Shown here one piece after another: positions 20,697 through 28,469 of a DNA stretch of 64,000 nucleotides; the first letter of the stretch is position 1, and the number at the start of each line of letters is the position of its first letter. Position numbers and translations under genes: made by a program. Below the pieces are notes generated by a model that made no database searches, had not been told where the DNA came from, and worked only from the letters and a program-made list of their open reading frames with translations. Source of the DNA: Patescibacteria group bacterium. GTDB lineage: Bacteria; Patescibacteriota; Minisyncoccia; Minisyncoccales; UBA10102. The DNA lies in the NCBI GenBank assembly GCA_024239055.1, contig JANBVJ010000001.1, positions 129,277 to 193,276 of the forward strand. The letters are read 5' to 3'.

Positions 20697-21518
20697 ATGA
20701 AGCAGTATCAAGATTTATTGAGACACGTGTTGGAAAATGGGGAGCGGAAGGGTGACCCTCAGGGAGTAGGGAACCTTGCGGTCTGTGGTTACCAGATGCG
20801 TTTTAATATGGATGATGGTTTTCCATTGATTACTACAAAAAAAGTACACCTAAAATCCATTATTTATGAACTCCTGTGGTTTATTAAAGGAGATACTAAT
20901 GTAAAGTATCTTAACGACCACGGAGTTACCATTTGGGATGAATGGGCAACTCCAGAGATGGCAGCCAAGTACGGTAACAAGCCAGGAGAGCTTGGCCCGA
21001 TTTATGGCGAGAAGTGGCGTCGTTGGAAGACGAGAGAAGGAGGGACGATTGATCAGCTGAGTGAGGCCATAAAAGAGATAAAGAACTTTCCTGATTCAAG
21101 ACGTCTGGTTGTGACATCCTGGGATCCAGAAGACGTAGATAAGGTATTTGTTGCTCCTTGTCACTGCTTCTTTAAGTTCTTTGTTGCTCAAGATAAGCTC
21201 TCCCTTCATCTTTTTCAGAGAAGTGCAGATACCTTTTTAGGTGTTCCTTTTAATATTGCTTCTTATTCTTTGCTTTTGATGATGGTAGCTCAAGCTACGG
21301 GTTTGAAAGCTCATGAATTTGTGCATACGCTCTCTGATACTCATTTGTACACCAACCACATTGAGCAGGCAAAGCTTCAAATAGCGCGAGAGCCGAGACC
21401 TTTGCCTAAAATGATTCTAAATCCAAAGGTAAAAGATATCTTTGACTTTAAATACGAAGACTTTACGCTTGAGGGATATGATCCTCATCCAGGGATTAAA
21501 GCGCCAATAGCAGTATAG
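20697..21518 (+). CDS. thyA: thymidylate synthase (ThyA type)
   Basis: Collinear with E. coli ThyA as I recall it: MKQYQDLL.., [53 protein letters not shown] place the start at the internal ATG 20697. Confidence 0.95.
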   Translation: MKQYQDLLRHVLENGERKGDPQGVGNLAVCGYQMRFNMDDGFPLITTKKVHLKSIIYELLWFIKGDTNVKYLNDHGVTIWDEWATPEMAAKYGNKPGELGPIYGEKWRRWKTREGGTIDQLSEAIKEIKNFPDSRRLVVTSWDPEDVDKVFVAPCHCFFKFFVAQDKLSLHLFQRSADTFLGVPFNIASYSLLLMMVAQATGLKAHEFVHTLSDTHLYTNHIEQAKLQIAREPRPLPKMILNPKVKDIFDFKYEDFTLEGYDPHPGIKAPIAV

Positions 21519-21520
21519 CT

Positions 21521-21967
21521 CTATCCTCCAATAGAGAGACTTACTTTCTTTGTACGTTTTGTTTTTTTGTCTTTCTTGGGAGAGAAGAGATGAAAATGGA
21601 GGTGGGTTACAGAGGCTCCAGTCACGCTTGTTTTGCCGAATCTTCCCATAAAGAGTCCGCCCTTGATTTTATATTCTCTAACAGCCCATTTCGCAAGGCC
21701 TAGGATAGTTTGCAGGTCTTTTGTTGTTAGTTCTAATAGGGTCTCTTTGTGCGTGAAGTTTAAGATAATAAAGTGATGGTTCGTGTTTTTGTAAGGCCAG
21801 CTGTTTTTCGTAATAAACCATCCTTCTTTGCGTTTAAGGATAGGGTTTTTGTGATACTTGAAATTCTCCTTGCAGAACGGACACTTTCCTCTGGATTGTA
21901 TCTTTGCAATAACTTTCTCGTACTCTCCCTTCCGAGCGTTTTTGAGGTTTACTACCTCTTTAGTCAT
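21521..21967 (-). CDS. HIT-family protein (CPFC knuckle + HxHxH), native-composition paralog of the 20127 gene
   Basis: KCPFCKENF.., WPYKNTNHHFIIL, THLHFHLF. Its start ATG 21967 overlaps the upstream stop by 8 nt (ATGACTAA). Confidence 0.8.
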   Translation of the reverse strand: MTKEVVNLKNARKGEYEKVIAKIQSRGKCPFCKENFKYHKNPILKRKEGWFITKNSWPYKNTNHHFIILNFTHKETLLELTTKDLQTILGLAKWAVREYKIKGGLFMGRFGKTSVTGASVTHLHFHLFSPKKDKKTKRTKKVSLSIGG

Positions 21968-22499
21968 TCTGTTTTTTGAGTCCTGCAAGCATGGTCTCAA
22001 GATGCTTTTTTACAGTTCCTTCCACAATGGCGGTTGAGGATGTATCTTCTGCCTGACGCGGAAGAACTAAAACTTCCTCCACATACTGTTTTATTTCATT
22101 GATTTGATCTTCTGGATAGCTATCTGGGGTGGTGACAAACAAATGAGGTCTAATAGTATCAACCAAGCTATACTGCCATCTTCCTTTCTCATCAATATCA
22201 TCAACTAGGGTAACATAGTCAACACAGTCCTGATACTGAAGCATTTCCATTCGTTCGTCCTGTGGGATGATGGGTCTTAATTCATTCTTGTATATCTTAA
22301 TTCCCCGATCACTGTCTGCTCCGACCACAAGAACATCTCCCTGTTCTTTTGCCTTTATTAGATAGCGAAGATGACCCACATGAAGCATATCCCAAGACCC
22401 TATTGTACATATAATTCTGTGTCCCAGCGTCTTGTGTGCATTAATCACATTTTTGAGCGCGTCGTAATCCAAAATTAGAGTATTTTTTGAGGTTTTCAT
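21960..22499 (-). CDS. cytidylyltransferase-like nucleotidyltransferase (HxGH family; TagD/RfaE-domain-II-like)
   Basis: IGSWDMLHVGHLRYLIKAKEQGDVLVVGADSD. Confidence 0.75.
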   Translation of the reverse strand: MKTSKNTLILDYDALKNVINAHKTLGHRIICTIGSWDMLHVGHLRYLIKAKEQGDVLVVGADSDRGIKIYKNELRPIIPQDERMEMLQYQDCVDYVTLVDDIDEKGRWQYSLVDTIRPHLFVTTPDSYPEDQINEIKQYVEEVLVLPRQAEDTSSTAIVEGTVKKHLETMLAGLKKQND

Positions 22500-22572
22500 A
22501 GATAATCGTATTTTTATTATCCCTTTAATTATGCTATTATATCATAATTATATTGAGCAAGCAATTTCTATA

Positions 22573-23064
22573 ATGACTACTTTTATAATAGCGGCCCTCA
22601 CCGCTGACGGATTTATTGGAAAGGATACCGATCATCTAGCTGATTGGACAAGTAAGGAAGACAAAGTCTTTTTTTCTGAGAAATCCAAGAAAGCGGGAGT
22701 TCTTGTGCTGGGTCACAATACTTTCAAGACCATTGGAAAGCCATTGCCTGATAGGCTTAATATTGTGTATGCGCCAGAAGGTACTGTAATTGAAGGCGTT
22801 GAGGTTACACAGAAAGAACCAAAAGAGCTTATAGAAGATTTAGAGAGCAGAGGTTTTACAGAAGTTGCAATTGGCGGAGGTTCTCAGATATATACTATGT
22901 TTATTAAAGCTGGAGTTGTGGATACGTTATACTTAACAGTGGAACCTGTTATCTTTGGTGCTGGAATTAATCTTTTTAATGAACAAATAGATGTTCGTTT
23001 AAAACTTGAGTCGGAAAAGAAACTAAATGATAATACAATTCTGTTGGAGTATAAGGTTTTATAA
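22573..23064 (+). CDS. dihydrofolate-reductase-family protein (RibD C-terminal/DHFR-like)
   Basis: MTTFIIAALTADGFIGK..LVLGHNTFKTIGKPLPDRLNIV..IGGGSQIY; sits between the thyA and tmk genes. Confidence 0.7.
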   Translation: MTTFIIAALTADGFIGKDTDHLADWTSKEDKVFFSEKSKKAGVLVLGHNTFKTIGKPLPDRLNIVYAPEGTVIEGVEVTQKEPKELIEDLESRGFTEVAIGGGSQIYTMFIKAGVVDTLYLTVEPVIFGAGINLFNEQIDVRLKLESEKKLNDNTILLEYKVL

Positions 23065-23078
23065 AGAATAAAAGACCC

Positions 23079-23690
23079 ATGGAAAATGAATATCCTGGAA
23101 AATTTATTGTTTTTGAAGGACTGGATGGCTCTGGTCAATCAACGCAGACAAACCTCTTGAAACATTTTCTGTCAAAGCAAGGATATAGTATACTTATTAC
23201 AAAAGAACCAACATTAGATTCGCAAGCCGGTAAACTTATTAGATCGGCTTTAGACAAAGAGAAGGAATTATCTCCAAAGGAGTTGCAGCAGCTCTTTGCT
23301 GAAGATAGAAAGGAGCACGTTAATAATGTTATTATACCCGCATTAGAAGTAGGAACCTGGGTAATTAGTGATAGGTATTTCTTCTCAAGTTTTGCATTTG
23401 GTGCGTCTGATGGTATTGATATTGAATGGCTTATTGAAATAAATAAGGGGTTTCCTTTGCCAGATGCCACCTTTCTTTTGGAGGTGAGGCCAGAGATATG
23501 TGTACAAAGAATTCAATCCAGAGGTAAACCACAACAGCTTTTTGAATACGAAGAAAAACTTAAAAATGTATGGGAAGGATATAAAAAAGTGGCAGATCGA
23601 TTTAATGGAATTCACATAATAGATGGAGAACAATCAATAGAAAAGGTTGCAGAGGATGTTACAGGTATAATTCAGGATACTCTATTTTAA
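23079..23690 (+). CDS. tmk: thymidylate kinase
   Basis: FIVFEGLDGSGQSTQ P-loop and DRYFFSSFAF. Confidence 0.92.
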   Translation: MENEYPGKFIVFEGLDGSGQSTQTNLLKHFLSKQGYSILITKEPTLDSQAGKLIRSALDKEKELSPKELQQLFAEDRKEHVNNVIIPALEVGTWVISDRYFFSSFAFGASDGIDIEWLIEINKGFPLPDATFLLEVRPEICVQRIQSRGKPQQLFEYEEKLKNVWEGYKKVADRFNGIHIIDGEQSIEKVAEDVTGIIQDTLF

Positions 23691-23691
23691 T

Positions 23692-24231
23692 ATGGTACTA
23701 GGCATAAAAGAACTGCATAAGTTAGTAAAAGAAGACAAGCTCGTAGAGAATTTGTCTGAGAGAGAGCTTACGAATCCGGAAGGCGCTGGGTTTGATTTGA
23801 GAATAGGGGAGTTATATGAGGTTTCAGGTCAGGGTTACCTTGGTATAGAACAGAGAGATACTCCTGATATGAAGCTTATTGCTACATTTAAGGAAGGGGA
23901 GAAGAGTGAGATATTGCTAAAGCCCCATACATATTACGCAATAAAGACAGTGGAGGATGTGAATCTACCTGATAATATTTTAGCTATGATGACAGCTCGC
24001 TCAACCCTGTTTCGTTCCGGGATTTCTCTTTTTGGAGGACAAGTACCTCCAGGATACCAAGGAGGTTTAGTTTTAGGAGTTTATAACTTCAGAGATACTG
24101 ATTTTCGTCTTGAAATGGGAGCTCGCGTGGTGCATATTATGTTTTTTGAGGTCAAGGGTACAGGCAACATGTACCGTGGACAATGGAAGGGTGGACGTGT
24201 TACAACTGATGGTAGGGAGACGCAGGTTTAG
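23692..24231 (+). CDS. dcd: dCTP deaminase / dUTPase-superfamily protein
   Basis: 179 aa with GAGFDLRIG.., ARSTLFRSGI, GGQVPPGYQGGLVLGVYN. Confidence 0.75.
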   Translation: MVLGIKELHKLVKEDKLVENLSERELTNPEGAGFDLRIGELYEVSGQGYLGIEQRDTPDMKLIATFKEGEKSEILLKPHTYYAIKTVEDVNLPDNILAMMTARSTLFRSGISLFGGQVPPGYQGGLVLGVYNFRDTDFRLEMGARVVHIMFFEVKGTGNMYRGQWKGGRVTTDGRETQV

Positions 24232-24256
24232 TACCTTAAGTTTAAGGGGTAGTAGG

Positions 24257-24487
24257 ATGAGTAAATCGAAACATTTACATAATGTGGATGAAGGAGTCAT
24301 CGACCTTGGAGATAGACTTCCCATACAAGGGGGTGGAAGTACTACCGTCTTGTTGCATGCTTGTTCTTGTGGTGTAGCGGTGCCCTGGCCAGCAGGAAAT
24401 TTCCTGCTTATTGCCAAGGAGACCCGACGATGGATTATTGAGGAAGTGCTCCCTACCAATGGGCTCACACTAGCTGCAACATTCTGA
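24257..24487 (+). CDS. hypothetical 76-aa protein; higher-GC islet gene
   Basis: ATG at 24257 preceded by AAGGGG: MSKSKHLHNVDEGVIDLGDRLPIQGGGSTTVLLHACSCGVAVPWPAGNF.. A terminator follows. The longer 24110 ORF overlaps dcd. Confidence 0.45.
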   Translation: MSKSKHLHNVDEGVIDLGDRLPIQGGGSTTVLLHACSCGVAVPWPAGNFLLIAKETRRWIIEEVLPTNGLTLAATF

Positions 24488-24506
24488 CTCTAATTAGAGT
24501 CTCATG

Positions 24507-24539
24507 GGCGTCTAAACACACTAGGCGCCTCTTTCTTTT
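24507..24539 (+). terminator. intrinsic terminator after the 24257 ORF
   Basis: GGCGTCTA..TAGGCGCC stem followed by TCTTTCTTTT. Confidence 0.55.
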
Positions 24540-24566
24540 AAAAGATAAATTTGATACTCTAATTGT

Positions 24567-26018
24567 ATGAAATATAGTCCTGTCATAGGGTTGGAAATTC
24601 ACGCAGAACTTAAGACAAAGTCAAAGATGTTTTGTTCTTCTTTGAATGATCCCTTAGAACAGCATCCCAATGTAAATGTCTGTCCTATTTGCATGGGGCA
24701 TCCGGGAACCTTACCTGTGGCTAACAAGGAAGCAATAAAAATGGTGCAAAAGGTAGGACTGGCCTTGAACTGCACAATAGTTGAACACTCAAAGTTTGAT
24801 AGAAAGAACTACTTTTATCCTGATCTCCCAAAGGGGTACCAGATAAGTCAGTTTGATATGCCTTTTTGTGAGAATGGGTATTTGGTGGTGGACGACAAAA
24901 AGATACGTATCACGCGTATTCATCTAGAAGAAGATGCAGCGCGCTTGATGCACCCAGAAGGCAAGGACTATTCTTTAATTGATTTTAATAGAGCAGGGGT
25001 TCCTTTAATGGAGTTGGTTACAGAGCCCGACATTACTACATCTATTGAGGCACGGCGTTTTGCAGAGGAGCTACAGCTTATTTTGCGATATCTTGGAGTT
25101 TCTGATGCCAATATGGAAAAAGGACAGATGCGGGCTGAAGCCAACATATCAATTAAAAAGCAAAACGCGAAACAGCTTGGTACAAAAGTTGAGATAAAGA
25201 ATCTGAATTCCTTCAGGTCTTTGGAACGTGCTTGCGACTTTGAGATAAAACGGCAAGAGGAGGAGTTGGAGGGGGGAGGCGAGATTATACAAGAAACTAG
25301 AGGTTGGCATGATGTAAAGCAGATAACTTTCCCGCAGCGTCAAAAAGAAGAAGCACATGGCTATAGGTACTTCCCAGAGCCCGACATTCCAACGCTGAGC
25401 TTTAAAAAAGAAGAGATAGAGGCATTACGCGCAGATATACCAGAACTCCCTGCCCAACGCCGTATAAGGCTCTCAGAGGAGTACGTAATTAGTTCTGATG
25501 ATACAGAAATGTTTGTCAGGAATAAGGATTTAGGAGAGTTTTTCGAACAGTCAGTTTCAGAATTGGGTTCTGGTATTCCACATAAAAAATTAGAGAAGCT
25601 TATTCAGCTCACCGCAAATTATATTGCCTCTGACCTTCAGGGACTCTTAAAGTCAAAAGATGTTCGGGGAGAAGATTTTCTTATCACCCCAGAGAACTTT
25701 GCTGAGCTTATAAATCTTATTGAACAAGGAAAAATATCTTCTGCGGCCGCAAAGGAAGTTTTACGCGAGATGTTTTCTAAGGGAGCTGATCCGTCTCATA
25801 TAATTGAGGAAAAAGGATTAACCCAGGTTTCCAATGCAAAGGATTTAGACAAGATTGTAGAAAAGGTAATTTCCGACAACGAAGACGCAGTAGAGGATAT
25901 ACGAAAAGGAAAGACTACGGTTATTAAGTTTCTTGTGGGAAAAGTAATGGCAGAGTCAAAAGGACAGGCAAATCCTCAGGTTGCAGAAAAATTACTGTCT
26001 GAGAAACTTTCTAACTAG
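24567..26018 (+). CDS. gatB: Asp/Glu-tRNA amidotransferase subunit B
   Basis: MKYSPVIGLEIHAELKTKSKMFC.., HLEEDAARL, C-terminal YqeY-like tail. Confidence 0.95.
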   Translation: MKYSPVIGLEIHAELKTKSKMFCSSLNDPLEQHPNVNVCPICMGHPGTLPVANKEAIKMVQKVGLALNCTIVEHSKFDRKNYFYPDLPKGYQISQFDMPFCENGYLVVDDKKIRITRIHLEEDAARLMHPEGKDYSLIDFNRAGVPLMELVTEPDITTSIEARRFAEELQLILRYLGVSDANMEKGQMRAEANISIKKQNAKQLGTKVEIKNLNSFRSLERACDFEIKRQEEELEGGGEIIQETRGWHDVKQITFPQRQKEEAHGYRYFPEPDIPTLSFKKEEIEALRADIPELPAQRRIRLSEEYVISSDDTEMFVRNKDLGEFFEQSVSELGSGIPHKKLEKLIQLTANYIASDLQGLLKSKDVRGEDFLITPENFAELINLIEQGKISSAAAKEVLREMFSKGADPSHIIEEKGLTQVSNAKDLDKIVEKVISDNEDAVEDIRKGKTTVIKFLVGKVMAESKGQANPQVAEKLLSEKLSN

Positions 26019-26864
26019 ATTCTCAGCTTCTTTTCTTTGGGTTATCCAATGAATGCGTTTATCTTTACTAAACCATGTGAGCTGGCGCTTTGAGAATTTT
26101 ACTATTGCTGTGAGAAGTTGTTCCTCCATCTCCTCCTTTGATAACTTACCTTGCAGGTATAGAGCTATATACTTGGCTTCCAGACCAAGTTCTTCTAATC
26201 TTTTGTATGAAACTCCCAAAGCATGGAGTTTTTCTATTTCAGCTACCATGCCTTTTTCAAGACGTATATCTAAGCGCTTTGTTATTCTTTTTTGCAGATC
26301 TTTTGTATCTGTCTTTATTCCGATAAGAAGAGTTTGAAAGAGAGGTGTAGATGCTGGTTGTTTTGGTACTGGACGTCCAGTTGCATAAATGATCTCCAGG
26401 GCTCTTATTAAACGTCTTTTATTCTTTGTTTCTATGCTTTTTACTCTTTCAGGATCAAGTTTCTTAAGGCGTTTCAATAGAGTTTCTGTATTGAGTTTTT
26501 CAAGCTGTTTTCTTAGTGTTGGATTTGCTTTTATCTCAGGAAAATTAAGATTATCTACAACTGAGTATACATAGAATGGACTTCCTCCTACGAGAAATGG
26601 GATTTGTATCTTTTTTATTGTTTCTATGGCTGTCTTTTGGTATTGAGCTACAGTGTACGTGCTCTTTGAAGAAATAATATCTATAAGATGATGGGGGATA
26701 CCCTCCATCTCTTTTTTAGTTATCTTTCCAGAAGCGAGATTTAGGCCTTTATAGACTTGTCTTGAGTCAGCTGAAATAACCTCACCATTAAATTTCTTGG
26801 CAAGGTATACTCCCAAATCTGATTTGCCCGAAGCCGTTTGGCCAACAATTGCAAGGAGTTTCAC
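25992..26864 (-). CDS. miaA: tRNA dimethylallyltransferase
   Basis: IVGQTASGKSDLGVYLA P-loop, ADSRQVYKGLNLASGK, TWF near the C-terminus. Its 3' end overlaps gatB convergently by 27 nt. Confidence 0.9.
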   Translation of the reverse strand: MKLLAIVGQTASGKSDLGVYLAKKFNGEVISADSRQVYKGLNLASGKITKKEMEGIPHHLIDIISSKSTYTVAQYQKTAIETIKKIQIPFLVGGSPFYVYSVVDNLNFPEIKANPTLRKQLEKLNTETLLKRLKKLDPERVKSIETKNKRRLIRALEIIYATGRPVPKQPASTPLFQTLLIGIKTDTKDLQKRITKRLDIRLEKGMVAEIEKLHALGVSYKRLEELGLEAKYIALYLQGKLSKEEMEEQLLTAIVKFSKRQLTWFSKDKRIHWITQRKEAENLVRKFLRQ

Positions 26865-26866
26865 TG

Positions 26867-28465
26867 TTAGTGAATTTCTTCTTTTTTCTCTTTAAGAAAG
26901 GCACGCCACTGCTCAAAGAATTCAACAAAGAACTGAAATGGAACCTCAAGTATAAAGTTAAAGAGGACTACTAAGATATTATACCGGGCTAGTTGTCCTG
27001 AAAGCCACTTTCCAACCTGAATCATAGGGAGGAAGAATATATCTAAAAAGCCATGGAGTATTCCTTCTTTTTCAGGGAGTACCAACAGCTCTCTGCCGCG
27101 TTGTCTGATTATTGTTCCCGCAAACGCAACTAAAGAGAGGAATATAAGGAATATAACAATGGAGGTTGGAGAGAAGTATAAGAAATTAAGCAACCAGGCG
27201 AGCAGGCCAAAGGAAACAATGAAACTTAGGGCATATAATGTATATACAATCGTTCCAAAGAAAGGACTTTTGCGTTTTGGAAGAGGAATATCTATTGTTT
27301 CTTTCTTTTCATTTTTATAAATGAGTTTCATTACTCCAAATACAACCTGTTGAAAGTTAGTGACAGAGGTAGGTTTTACGGTAGCTACCAATAGAATCAT
27401 TAAGAGCGGCGGTATTAGGATACTCAATGCAACGGCCAGTACATTGATTCCAGATAGGAGATATTGGTCAAGTGGTATCTCAATAACAAGGGCAATGAGC
27501 ACCTTTGAGAGTAATATAGATAGAGTGGAATATACTGCAGCTCTTTTTATTCTCTCTTTTAATCTTAAAAGACGCAGGTTATATGCCTTCTCAATAGCAC
27601 TTTCTGTCTTTTTTGGATTTTCAGATATGTCTTTAAAACCATTTGGGTCTTCTGAAATAATATCTCCTAGAATAAGATAAGGAGTGTCTTGGCGTTCTGC
27701 AACCCTATAGAGACGCTCTGATATTGGATGTCTAAGTACATTTTCAATACTTTTTCTAACTGCATGAATATTTTCTGCTAGTGATATTAAGGTCTTTCTG
27801 GGAAGATTTTGCCATTTAGGATAAAAGCGTTCTAAAAGATGGTGTGAAATAGTTGGAGCATCTAGTTTAAACAATGCTTTTTGTACTGCTGCAAAAATCT
27901 GGTTATCCATTTCTTCTGAAGAAAGCTGTCCTCCTTGAAGCTGTATTTTATCTGCCATTTCAGATGTCATATAGCTAATAAGAGCCCGCTCACGGATTGG
28001 AGGGGAAAGAGTTTCTTCAATTTCGGAAGCCGCAATTCCCAAAAGCCAGTCTTCTAGCGTGCGCTTGTCTTTTGTCCTGAACTCAGATGGTGTTTTTTCA
28101 GAAGAGTTGTTTAAGATATACAGGTACTTATCAATAATCTCTTGCGTTATCTGAATAAGTGAAAGGGGTACTTGATTGTTTGGAAGATGTCCCCCTCGAA
28201 CTAAATCTTCAAGCAGGGGACCTGAAATGCCTTCCCCGTCTGGTTGCAGGAGCAGTCTTCTTCTAAGAATTCTTCCGATAGCTGTCTTTCGCAGTAAATG
28301 CTCTTCTTTCCAGTCAACAACACCCCGTATCTTTTCGTAAAAGGCGGCAACCTGCGAAGCTACCTCATCAACCTCAATAACCCTGCCTCCTTCTTTGGGT
28401 TGTAGACTTGCCTTCCATTCTTTATGTCTTTGTACCAATTCTTTGGTACGTTCTGTAATTTCCAT
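26867..28465 (-). CDS. hypothetical 532-aa protein: about 300-aa cytoplasmic helical part plus a C-terminal polytopic membrane domain
   Basis: Long ORF tightly packed between thrS and miaA (4- and 2-nt gaps). There are several hydrophobic helices after residue about 310. I recognise no motif. Confidence 0.7.
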   Translation of the reverse strand: MEITERTKELVQRHKEWKASLQPKEGGRVIEVDEVASQVAAFYEKIRGVVDWKEEHLLRKTAIGRILRRRLLLQPDGEGISGPLLEDLVRGGHLPNNQVPLSLIQITQEIIDKYLYILNNSSEKTPSEFRTKDKRTLEDWLLGIAASEIEETLSPPIRERALISYMTSEMADKIQLQGGQLSSEEMDNQIFAAVQKALFKLDAPTISHHLLERFYPKWQNLPRKTLISLAENIHAVRKSIENVLRHPISERLYRVAERQDTPYLILGDIISEDPNGFKDISENPKKTESAIEKAYNLRLLRLKERIKRAAVYSTLSILLSKVLIALVIEIPLDQYLLSGINVLAVALSILIPPLLMILLVATVKPTSVTNFQQVVFGVMKLIYKNEKKETIDIPLPKRKSPFFGTIVYTLYALSFIVSFGLLAWLLNFLYFSPTSIVIFLIFLSLVAFAGTIIRQRGRELLVLPEKEGILHGFLDIFFLPMIQVGKWLSGQLARYNILVVLFNFILEVPFQFFVEFFEQWRAFLKEKKEEIH

Positions 28466-28469
28466 TATT

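Noticed and set aside
25992-26018. 27-nt convergent overlap of gatB and miaA as a possible regulatory feature
   Set aside because: Short 3'-3' overlaps are common in compact genomes (a second example is rplL with the 654-aa gene), and no structure or motif is visible in the overlap.
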